The notes beneath the pieces were generated by a model. The model was not told the origin of the DNA. It made no database searches and saw only the letters and a program-made list of their open reading frames with translations. Both the position numbers and the translations under genes were made by a program. 64,000 nucleotides of DNA from an uncultured Acidobacteriota bacterium (lineage in GTDB: Bacteria > Acidobacteriota > Vicinamibacteria > Vicinamibacterales > CAVVIG01): NCBI GenBank assembly GCA_902825985.1, contig CADEDC010000003.1:10926-74925 (forward strand), given 5' to 3'. Positions within the stretch are counted from its first letter, which is position 1, and each line of letters opens with the position of its first letter. Below, in pieces: positions 37,954 to 46,504 of the stretch.

Positions 37954-40900
37954 GCTTCGAGACACCGTTCCCGCGCCTGCCGCGGCACGAGCGGAAAGGT
38001 CTCGAGCACGTGGGCATACTCCTCCGTCGTCAGGTCGTACAGACGTGCGACCATGGCGTTCAGCCGCGTGTCCATCTCGGTACGAACCGCGGCGTCCGAT
38101 TCCCGCCCGCCGTCCGTCTTCGACCGTGACAGGCGGCGCGCCAGCCCGGCAATCACCGGGAACGCCGCACCAGCCTCGGGCCGGGTTGGCACCGGCAGCC
38201 GCTCGACGATGGCGGTGGTGACATGGGTGGTGACACGCTGCCGGACGAGGTAGTTCACGACAACGCTGTTGAACAGGCCGCACAGAAAGTGCTGCGCGGC
38301 GAGCGGCAGTTGCGTCTTGAGGCAGAACACCGTGTGGGTCGAGGCGCTGCCGGACGGCAGCAGCGCCGCGATCAGCGTCTGGCGATTGGTCGCCGCGGCG
38401 ACGTCGCGATAGGCGAGCCGCGGCCGATGTACGCGGGCCCCCAGCCGGCGTCGCGCGTCAGCCGCGCCGATCGCGTGTTCGACGCGCGCGAGCTCGACGA
38501 CGAACGGATGCAGCCACTTGCCCTCGACGACCGGCAGGCCGTGGCCGGCCGGCCGCAGCAGGTGCCGATCGTCGGTGGCGTTCAGCTCGCGGCCGAACTG
38601 CGCCGACCAGCCATCGCGGGACCCGAGCGGCGCGAATCGCCGGGCGGCGCGCTCGACGAGCGTCAGGTCGATCGGCTGGCGCACGTCCGGCACCGCGAGA
38701 TCGGCGCCGGAGAGCCGCTGCAGCAGGCTGCACGACAGATGCACCGGGAACCAGTCGGCCCGCCCGCTGTCCTCCGCTTCGAGCACCGCCGGATCGCTCT
38801 CGCCGCCGCGGATCCCCAGACGCTGCGTCGGCGATCCTTTCGTCGCTGTCACGAGCGCGAATCGCATGCTGCGGTGAATCGGAAACACGGCGCGGCGATT
38901 GTCGAATGCCACGACGCCGTCGACGTCGCACTGCGAGAACAGGCGGCGGCGTAGCGGGCCGCTGCCATGGTCGCTGAGGACGCCGCCCGGCAGCACCAGG
39001 CCGAATCGGCCGCCCGGACGCAGCAGCGCCATCGTCCGGTCGACGAACAGCTGATAGCGGTTGGCCTGGCCGTGGCTGGTTCCGTCGTAGACGCCGGAAT
39101 CGCGACAGAAGCGAACGGCGCGGGCGGCGTCGGCCTTGGCCGCGGCACGCGGCACGTCGTGTCCGGTATCGCCCCGCATCATGTCCCACGGCGGATTACC
39201 GACGATCGCGTCGAAGCCGGCGTGCGCCAGCCGTCGGCCATCGCGGTCGAAGAAGACCTCCGGGAACTCGAGCTCCCAGTGGAAGAAGCGGCGGGCGGCG
39301 GCGATATCGGCGGCGCTCGCGAGGTACGGTTCGACGATATGGGTCGGCAGCTCGCTGCGGCCGCGAAGGATCGCATCGGCGAGCGCGCCGTAGGTGGCTG
39401 GCGGGGCCGCGGCGCCGGCCGTGAACCATCGCGCACACCAGAGGTCCGCGACCCGGCGCCAGCGGCTCAACGCGGAATCCTGGCGGTCGAGGCCGGCCAG
39501 CAGCCGCTCCTTGGCGCGCACCTGATCCACGGTATCGCCCGGTCCGGCGAGCGAGAAGCGTGCCGGCACGACGGTGCGCGCCGCTGCCTCGAACGCATCG
39601 TCGCCTTCGAAGAGCTGCGGCCCTGGCGCCGGTCGACGGCTGCGGCGGCGCGGTGCGGGCGCCCGCGTGAGCGACGCCAGCCACGCACCAACCAGACTGT
39701 CTCCGGTCCGCAGGTGATGATCGAGGAACGACAGCGGCCGATCGGCGGCGAGCGTTGCCAGCCACAGCGACAGCCGGGCGAGCTGCACGGCCATCGGATT
39801 CAGGTCGACGCCGAACAGGCAGCGTTCGGCAATCAGCCGACGGAAGCGGGCACGGTCGGCCTCCGTCAGGTCGGCGGCGTCGCAGTCGCCGTCGGCGACC
39901 AGTGCGTCCTCGTACGCCGCAGCGAGGAACGCGCACGCGGTGACGAGGCAGGCACCGCTGCCCATCGACGGGTCGAGCACGCGCAACGCGAGAATGTCGT
40001 GCGGCCGGCGGCCGGCCACCAGCGGCATCAACGTCTGGCGCACGAGATAGCGGGCGATCGGCTGCGGGGTATAGAACGAGCCCGTCGCCTTGCGGGCGCC
40101 GGAGCCCGGGGCGAGCCGCAGGGCGCCGTGACCGGCACCGCCATCCCACGTCGGCTCGTAGTCGAGCAGTGTCTCGTAGACCGCGCCGAGCTGCTCGACG
40201 CCCAGATCGCCGTAGGCGATCGGTTCGCGGCCGCCGCGGGCAATCGACGGCCGCGTGGTCAGCGCCAGCACGGCACGTCCGGCGGCCCGGTCGTCGAGAT
40301 TGCGGCGTTCCACGAAGGGCGCACGTCCGGCATCGAACAGCCGGCCGTTGAACGGCGTGACGGTCAGCTGTCCGGTCCGGCAGCCGGCGTGTGCCAGCCG
40401 GCTCACGGCGCGCAGGCCGTCCCACAGGCCGTTGACGCGCCCGCGCTCGGCCGCGGCGCGAAGCGCATCGATGCTGTAGCCGTGGCGGTAGACCGGATGC
40501 CACATCGGCACCAGGCCGCGCGATTCGGCGAACAGCAGGAACAGCATGCGGTAGACGACGGTCAGTGCCTGCGCGAGCGCGGCATGGCTGTCGATCGACC
40601 GGCGCCCCGCGACGACCGCCGCAAGGATCTCTTCAGAAGCGCGCAGCACCCCGTGCCGCAGCGACCGGCAGACGCCGGCGGCGAACGCATCGGACTGGCC
40701 GACGAGCGCGGCGAGCCCCTGCGCCTGCATCTCGGCCCGCCCGATCAGCCACAGCGATGCGAAGACCTCCACGTCGTCGGCAGAAAGATCCAGATCGATC
40801 TCGACCCAGCGGCGAGCCTGGGTCGAGGCCCCGTCGAGGATGCGCAGGTGGATCCCGTTGCAGAGGATCGCCCAGCGCGAGGCGTGAGCCCGCGCCGTTG

Positions 40901-41234
40901 CCAATGCCGACCGCCAGAGCGGCTCGAGCGGCGCGCCCCACGGCGCGACGGTCCATGGGACAACGGCCCGGCCGGCCCGCATCTCCAGCACCAGCAGCGG
41001 CGGCGCCGCTACGGGTGTCGCGGCCGGTTCGTAGCCGAGCGCGCGCGCCACCGGCTCGACCGCACGCTCGGCAATCGCACGCATGCCCGATGCGGGACCA
41101 AGTCCCCGGCTGTGCTCGCGGGCGGCGCGGTAGAGTCGATGGGCGTGTCCGATCTCTGGATGGCCCGACAGTGCGTCGAGCTGCGGCAGGGCGCCCAACG
41201 TGATCAGCTGTCCCCGAATGCCGTGTCGCACCAC
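37935..41234 (-). CDS. large N6-adenine DNA methyltransferase, PglX/DrmMI/Eco57I-type (1,099 aa)
   Basis: GSFYTPQPIARYLV, VLDPSMGSGACL (motif I), FGVDLNPMAVQLARLSLWL, FHWELEFPEVF and FDAIVGNPPW (motif IV). GTG start 1 nt after the helicase stop. Confidence 0.85.
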   Translation of the reverse strand: MVRHGIRGQLITLGALPQLDALSGHPEIGHAHRLYRAAREHSRGLGPASGMRAIAERAVEPVARALGYEPAATPVAAPPLLVLEMRAGRAVVPWTVAPWGAPLEPLWRSALATARAHASRWAILCNGIHLRILDGASTQARRWVEIDLDLSADDVEVFASLWLIGRAEMQAQGLAALVGQSDAFAAGVCRSLRHGVLRASEEILAAVVAGRRSIDSHAALAQALTVVYRMLFLLFAESRGLVPMWHPVYRHGYSIDALRAAAERGRVNGLWDGLRAVSRLAHAGCRTGQLTVTPFNGRLFDAGRAPFVERRNLDDRAAGRAVLALTTRPSIARGGREPIAYGDLGVEQLGAVYETLLDYEPTWDGGAGHGALRLAPGSGARKATGSFYTPQPIARYLVRQTLMPLVAGRRPHDILALRVLDPSMGSGACLVTACAFLAAAYEDALVADGDCDAADLTEADRARFRRLIAERCLFGVDLNPMAVQLARLSLWLATLAADRPLSFLDHHLRTGDSLVGAWLASLTRAPAPRRRSRRPAPGPQLFEGDDAFEAAARTVVPARFSLAGPGDTVDQVRAKERLLAGLDRQDSALSRWRRVADLWCARWFTAGAAAPPATYGALADAILRGRSELPTHIVEPYLASAADIAAARRFFHWELEFPEVFFDRDGRRLAHAGFDAIVGNPPWDMMRGDTGHDVPRAAAKADAARAVRFCRDSGVYDGTSHGQANRYQLFVDRTMALLRPGGRFGLVLPGGVLSDHGSGPLRRRLFSQCDVDGVVAFDNRRAVFPIHRSMRFALVTATKGSPTQRLGIRGGESDPAVLEAEDSGRADWFPVHLSCSLLQRLSGADLAVPDVRQPIDLTLVERAARRFAPLGSRDGWSAQFGRELNATDDRHLLRPAGHGLPVVEGKWLHPFVVELARVEHAIGAADARRRLGARVHRPRLAYRDVAAATNRQTLIAALLPSGSASTHTVFCLKTQLPLAAQHFLCGLFNSVVVNYLVRQRVTTHVTTAIVERLPVPTRPEAGAAFPVIAGLARRLSRSKTDGGRESDAAVRTEMDTRLNAMVARLYDLTTEEYAHVLETFPLVPRQARERCLEAYRGRS

Positions 41235-41235
41235 G

Positions 41236-43671
41236 TCAGGGCACCGCGGCCAGCCACCGGCCGGCCGTCACCGAGGTGTCGACAGCTGCTGACGCCAGGC
41301 GAGCCAGGCGCCGGTCGTTCGCCGCCGCCAGCGACTGCCACTCGGCGTCGAGCAGGTCGCGCCGCCGGTCGGCACGCCGGTCGAACAATCCCGGCTGGAA
41401 GAGTGCCGCGATCGCGGGCGTCGTCGCCCGGGCGATCGCCTCGGCGCGCCGGAGCGCCGTGCTCCAGAACGTCCTGTGTGCAGCCAGCGACGGCTGCATC
41501 GCTGCCAGGTGCTCGCCGATCGCGGCCATCGCCGGTCGGTCGATTCCCGGGCCGGCCGATCGCACCGCCGACCACACGTCCGCCGACAGGCGGAGGGGGA
41601 CGATGGCGGCTGCCACCCGGCGTCCACAGCCGTCGACGGCGACGACCTCGGCGACCAGCAGGGTGTCGCCGGCCAGCCCGGCGCGAAGGCGAGGTCGCGC
41701 CCGCATGACGAGCAGCCGGTCGTGCTGCACCACGCCGGCGGCACGTCGACCCCGCCCCGCAACGCGGCGGCTCAGCGCGATGCGGGCGGCTTCGGCGGCC
41801 GCGCCGTCGGCGTCCGTCGGCGTCCGGTCGCTGCCGGCCGACGCCGGTGCGTTGTCTCGGCCGATGCCTCGCGCCCGGTGGAGTTGCGATTCGAGCGGGT
41901 TCGCCATCGCGACGTCCTGACGCGCCGTCGCGACGCGGTGACGCAGCCGGCGGAGCAGGTCGTCCTCCACCCGATGCCGTGCGACCAGGTGGAACGCGTG
42001 GACCGTCCGTCCCTGGCCGATGCGGTCGACCCGTCCCGTCCGCTGCTCGAGCCGCGCCGGATTCCACGGCAGCTCGAGGTGAATGACACATCGGCAGGCG
42101 TGGTGCAGGTTCAGCCCCTCGCCGGCCGCATCGGTGGCGAGCAGTATCGGCGCGCCGCCACGGGTGAACGCGTCGACCACGGCCCGCCGTTCGCCGCGCG
42201 TCAGGCCGCCGTGCAGGACGAGGGCGTCCGGCGCCACCAGGCGCTGGACGTGGGCCAGGGTGTCGCGGTACTCGGTGAAGACGATGACCGCCTCGTGCCG
42301 CTGCCGCAGGCAGCCGAGCAGCCGCGTCAGACGGGCGAGCTTCGACTCGCGGGCGCAGGCCAGGACCGCGGCGTCGGCCAGCCGCTGCAGCAGATCACGT
42401 TCGCGTTCGACGTCGCGGAGACCGGGACCGTCGAGCGGCGGCGCCTCGTCGCTCACGTCGAACTCACCCTGTCCGTCGTCGAGCGGCAGGCGCAGCTGCG
42501 TGTCGTCGAACGGTGCCGTCCGCTCGAGTGTGGCGAGGCGGCGGACCACCGACCGGCGCAGCGATTCCGCACTCGACAGCGCCCGCTTCCACAGCACCGA
42601 GCGCAGCAGTATCGCGTGCGGCTCGTCACCACGCTCGGCGCGGGTCGCCGCGGCATAGCGGTCGAGCGCCGCGTACATCCGCTGCTCGGCACCGGTCGTC
42701 CGGATGCGGAGCTGATGGACATGCCGGTTCGTCTGCAGGTGAACGTCGGCTCGCGATCGTTGAAAGCGCAGGCATTCGTCGTCGTGCCGACCGAGCGCAC
42801 AGAGCGCGGCGAAGGCGTCGCGGTCGCCGTTGTGTGGCGTGGCGGTGAGCAGGACGACGAAGAGGGCCGTCGCGCAGAGGGCCGACACCGCGGCATGGCG
42901 GTCCGTGCCCGGCGCGACCAGATGCGCCTCGTCGACGATCACGACGTCCCACAGGCCGGCCCGGGTCGACGGCAGCACCTCCGGACGCTTGACGTAGTCG
43001 ACCGATGCGATGGCGAGACCGAGGGTGGTCCACGGGCTCACGCCCAGCGGCAGGTCGGCCGCCCGCCGGGCGACGGCCGGCAGGTCGACGATGTCGGCGT
43101 CGAGCCCGAACCGTTGCCGCAATTCGTGCTGCCACTGGTCGCGCAGACCGGCCGGCGTGAGCACCAGGGCAGAATCCGCCGCACCCCGCCGCAGGAGTTC
43201 GGCCAGCAGGATCCCGGCCTGCACCGTCTTGCCGAGACCGACCGCATCGGCCAGCAGCACGCGGGTTGCGTCCCCTCGCAGTAGCGCACGGGCCGGCTCG
43301 AGCTGGTGCGGCAGCACCTCGATGGCGGCGCCGTCTGCCGAGCGCAGGGCCTCCCAGGGCCCGCTGCCGGCCACCATGTCGCAGCACGCGGCTCGCCAGC
43401 GTCGCCGGCCACATCGCCTGGCGTACGCCGGCAGCGACGCACGCAGATCCGGGCCGCCGGACCCCGGCGCCTGGCGGGCGATCGGTTCGATGATTTCGAA
43501 CGGCTCGAGCAGCAGCCGCTGTTCGCGCCCGTTGTCCGGTCCGAGGCCGGTCACCGTCAGGACGCGGCAGGCCGGCGTGCCGCCGACCGCCGCCACTTGC
43601 CAGCGCTCGCGCCTGACGCGTATCCGATCGCCGATCCGGAAACCCTCGTGTCCAGGAGCACAATCCGCCAT
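41236..43671 (-). CDS. SNF2-family (RapA-like) helicase/translocase
   Basis: LLADAVGLGKTVQAG (motif I), VIVDEAHLV (II), LLTATPHNG (III) and LEQRTGRVDRIGQ (VI). Start chosen at MADCAPGHEGFRIGD (ATG 43671). Confidence 0.85.
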   Translation of the reverse strand: MADCAPGHEGFRIGDRIRVRRERWQVAAVGGTPACRVLTVTGLGPDNGREQRLLLEPFEIIEPIARQAPGSGGPDLRASLPAYARRCGRRRWRAACCDMVAGSGPWEALRSADGAAIEVLPHQLEPARALLRGDATRVLLADAVGLGKTVQAGILLAELLRRGAADSALVLTPAGLRDQWQHELRQRFGLDADIVDLPAVARRAADLPLGVSPWTTLGLAIASVDYVKRPEVLPSTRAGLWDVVIVDEAHLVAPGTDRHAAVSALCATALFVVLLTATPHNGDRDAFAALCALGRHDDECLRFQRSRADVHLQTNRHVHQLRIRTTGAEQRMYAALDRYAAATRAERGDEPHAILLRSVLWKRALSSAESLRRSVVRRLATLERTAPFDDTQLRLPLDDGQGEFDVSDEAPPLDGPGLRDVERERDLLQRLADAAVLACARESKLARLTRLLGCLRQRHEAVIVFTEYRDTLAHVQRLVAPDALVLHGGLTRGERRAVVDAFTRGGAPILLATDAAGEGLNLHHACRCVIHLELPWNPARLEQRTGRVDRIGQGRTVHAFHLVARHRVEDDLLRRLRHRVATARQDVAMANPLESQLHRARGIGRDNAPASAGSDRTPTDADGAAAEAARIALSRRVAGRGRRAAGVVQHDRLLVMRARPRLRAGLAGDTLLVAEVVAVDGCGRRVAAAIVPLRLSADVWSAVRSAGPGIDRPAMAAIGEHLAAMQPSLAAHRTFWSTALRRAEAIARATTPAIAALFQPGLFDRRADRRRDLLDAEWQSLAAANDRRLARLASAAVDTSVTAGRWLAAVP

Positions 43672-43803
43672 GGTCCTGCCGTCGGCGGCTGGCAGATTCC
43701 GCAATGGCGTCCAGGACCCCTTGTCCGATCGGCCACTTGCGGACGGCCGCAGCCGCGTGCCACGAGACAAGGCAACCGCGGTGCCGGCCGCACGCCGTGG
43801 CGG

Positions 43804-46452
43804 CTATCTGCGGCTGGGCGGGCCCGGGGCGGTCAACAACGCGTTGAGGAACAGCCGGAAGGTCCCGAGCGACTGACCGCGATGGTGAGGAGGGAAGCCG
43901 AAAAGCACGATCCGGCCGGCGCCGACGCGCACCTGCAGCACGGCAGGCCGATCGGCGACGACGTCGTCGCCTTCCAGATAGCCGCTGAGCAGCAGGTCGT
44001 TCTTTCCGTAACGGGCGATCGTGTCGATGACCGGGGTGGTCGCGACGCTCCCTTCGGCGGCGTCATCGCGGCCGACGATGGCATAGGCGGCGCTGAACGA
44101 ACAGAAGGCAACGCCTTGCACCGGCATGCCGAAGGCGAGCGGCTGAGACGCGTCGAGCTGCAAGCGGACGAGCGAGCCGGGACAGAAGAAGCGGCTGGCC
44201 GGGTCTCTCGCGACATCGCGAACCGGCAGTCCGAACGTTCGGATGGCCAGTTCGCCGGCCTGGCCGAGGGCGAGCAGCGTCCCACCCTGATCGACGAAGG
44301 CGCGCAGCGCCGCGACACCGGCGTCGTCCAGGCCGCCGACGTAGTCGGCCGGCACGATTCCCGCCGGATTGCCATACAGCAGGCGGTCGGCCGGCGCACC
44401 GGGCAGCACGATGGCGTCGAAGCGGGCGCGCAGCTGCCCGGCTCTGACGTCGGCGTCGCGGACGGTCGTGAACGGCAGGCCGAAGCGATCGAGCAGCCAG
44501 CGCGTCCACCCCTCATCGAGGTTGTCGAACCACGGCGCGTAGACCGCCAGGCGGGCCCGGCCGATCGGCTCGACGCCGCGCGGCGGCCGGCCGCTGACCC
44601 CGTCGGCGCGCAGCCCGAGGTCCGCCGCGATCGCGGCGACGATCGGATCGGCGGCCTTCGACTGCGGCACGACGAGGGAGCCCGGCCCGTAGGCGTAGCC
44701 GTTCACGTCGCGCGCCGCGGTGGTCCAGGCGACCGGCAGCTGCGCTGCGAGCAGACGCGCGATGGCGAGGGCGCCCGCCGTGCCCCGCGCCTCGACGACG
44801 TAGTGTCCCGGCTTGCGGGCGCCCGCCACCTGCGCCGGTTCGATCGCGGCCGTCGTCACGCGCGACAGCGGCGGCGGCTCGAATGGCCGCTGGATGGTGC
44901 GCACGTCCACGCCCATCTGCAGCGGCAGGGTCCAGCCGGTGACGTCGTACGGCCGGTCCGGTGACCCGGGACGGCCGACTGGCGACGGATAGCGCTGCGT
45001 CTCGAGCAGGGTCTTCACGTAGGCGCGGAACGGCTGCGCCAGCAGGATGACGTCGGTGCCGGCGGGATACGGGTCGCCATCGGCGCGAAACGGCTCCATC
45101 GCGCGATGGATCTCGACGCGGCCGTCCAGCAGCAGGTCACGCAGCTTCGCCGCCGCGAGCGGATCGTGCTGCGCCGGCGGCAGCACGAAGGCGAACGGGC
45201 CGCCGCGGCGTCCGGCCTCGACCGCGCGCCATCCCATGTCGTAGAAGTTGCGGACGATCGGTTCGCGATACAGCGTCACCGCCTTGAGCAGCCCGTTCAC
45301 CGCCGTCAGGTCGTAGTCGACGATGTCGCGGAGCGTCCAGGTGCCGCCCGGCCACGGATCGGGGAAGTTGATCTGCGGACGGTAGTGGAGCAGTCCCTTC
45401 TGTTCGCCGCGCAGGTCGGCGGCCGGCACGGTCACCGGCGATGCGACGCGAGCGCTGGCCACTTCGGTCAGCAGGCAGACGGTGTTGTGGCCGAGCGGCG
45501 CCGAATCCTCGTAGCCCGGCCAGTAGTAGTCGTAGATGCCATTCGACAGCACGCCGCGGCGCCCTTCGCGCTGCAGTTCGAAGGCCATCGCGCCGCCCAA
45601 CAGCCCGGCGGTCCGCCAGATGAGCGGGTCGTAGTTGGTGTCGATCGGATCGGTATTCGGCGGGACGAAGAAGCGCGGCCCGTTCGGTCCCATCTGGTGC
45701 ATCGACAACAGCACCTGCGGATGCCATTCCGTGTAGAGGAACGCCGACAGGTTGCGGCTCTCCGCGAGGTTCATCATGAACGCATCGCGGTTGATGTCGT
45801 GGCCGGCGTACTTGTGGTACGGCCACGGCATCATGCCGCCCTCGAAGGCCGTCCCCCGATGCGCGTCGTACCAGTCGGTCACCAGTTGATGGCCATCCGG
45901 ATTCAGCATCGGCACCAGGATGACGACGAGCTGATCGAGCGTCGCGAGCGTGTCGGCGTCGCTCGCGGTTGCCAGGCGGTGGAGCAGTTCGTTGGCGGCC
46001 TGGGTGGCGCCGACCTCCGAGGCGTGGATGCTGCAGCCGATGACGACGACCGCCTTGTGCGTGCGCACCAGGGTGGCGGCGTCCGGTTCGGTGAGCGTAC
46101 GCGGGTCGGAGAGGCGCCGGTTCGCGTCCTTGATCTGCGCCAGGTTGGCGAGATTCCGCGGTGACGAGACGATCGCGGCGATGGTCCGCCGTCCGCCGGT
46201 GGTGCGGCCGATGTCGACCAGGTGGACACGGTCCGACGCGGCCGCCGTCTCGGTGAAGTAGCGTTCGATGCCGTCGGCGTCGGCGAGCCGCCGGTCCTCG
46301 CCCATCCGGAAGCCGAAGAACACGTCCGGCGGCGGGATCGCACCGACGGCCGGCGCCACCGCCGGCTGGGCGAGCGTCGCCGGGGCGGCGACCAGCAGCA
46401 GGGCTGCCATCCAGGCGAGGAGCGGTCGTGCGCGCGCTGTCACCAAGGTCAT
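43804..46452 (-). CDS. M14-family zinc carboxypeptidase-like protein, secreted (882 aa)
   Basis: Signal peptide, then VVVIGCSIHASEVGATQAANELLHRL (HxxE zinc site) and LVPMLNPDG. Confidence 0.75.
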   Translation of the reverse strand: MTLVTARARPLLAWMAALLLVAAPATLAQPAVAPAVGAIPPPDVFFGFRMGEDRRLADADGIERYFTETAAASDRVHLVDIGRTTGGRRTIAAIVSSPRNLANLAQIKDANRRLSDPRTLTEPDAATLVRTHKAVVVIGCSIHASEVGATQAANELLHRLATASDADTLATLDQLVVILVPMLNPDGHQLVTDWYDAHRGTAFEGGMMPWPYHKYAGHDINRDAFMMNLAESRNLSAFLYTEWHPQVLLSMHQMGPNGPRFFVPPNTDPIDTNYDPLIWRTAGLLGGAMAFELQREGRRGVLSNGIYDYYWPGYEDSAPLGHNTVCLLTEVASARVASPVTVPAADLRGEQKGLLHYRPQINFPDPWPGGTWTLRDIVDYDLTAVNGLLKAVTLYREPIVRNFYDMGWRAVEAGRRGGPFAFVLPPAQHDPLAAAKLRDLLLDGRVEIHRAMEPFRADGDPYPAGTDVILLAQPFRAYVKTLLETQRYPSPVGRPGSPDRPYDVTGWTLPLQMGVDVRTIQRPFEPPPLSRVTTAAIEPAQVAGARKPGHYVVEARGTAGALAIARLLAAQLPVAWTTAARDVNGYAYGPGSLVVPQSKAADPIVAAIAADLGLRADGVSGRPPRGVEPIGRARLAVYAPWFDNLDEGWTRWLLDRFGLPFTTVRDADVRAGQLRARFDAIVLPGAPADRLLYGNPAGIVPADYVGGLDDAGVAALRAFVDQGGTLLALGQAGELAIRTFGLPVRDVARDPASRFFCPGSLVRLQLDASQPLAFGMPVQGVAFCSFSAAYAIVGRDDAAEGSVATTPVIDTIARYGKNDLLLSGYLEGDDVVADRPAVLQVRVGAGRIVLFGFPPHHRGQSLGTFRLFLNALLTAPGPPSRR

Positions 46453-46504
46453 ACCGCTGCCGCGAGGTGCGATGGCAGCGATCTTAGCAGAGCGGCCGGG
46501 CGCG

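Noticed and set aside
38967-41708. 913-aa plus-strand ORF (and 41476..43284, 602 aa) inside the helicase/methyltransferase locus
   Set aside because: These are antisense shadows of the MTase and SNF2 genes. They have no motifs and are Arg/Pro/Gly-rich. I considered whether they could hide the missing nuclease but found no PD-(D/E)XK, HNH or PLD pattern.
37935-43803. The helicase/methyltransferase region as a horizontally acquired island
   Set aside because: There is no integrase, transposase, tRNA or direct-repeat boundary, and no obvious GC shift by eye. Acquisition cannot be inferred from this window.
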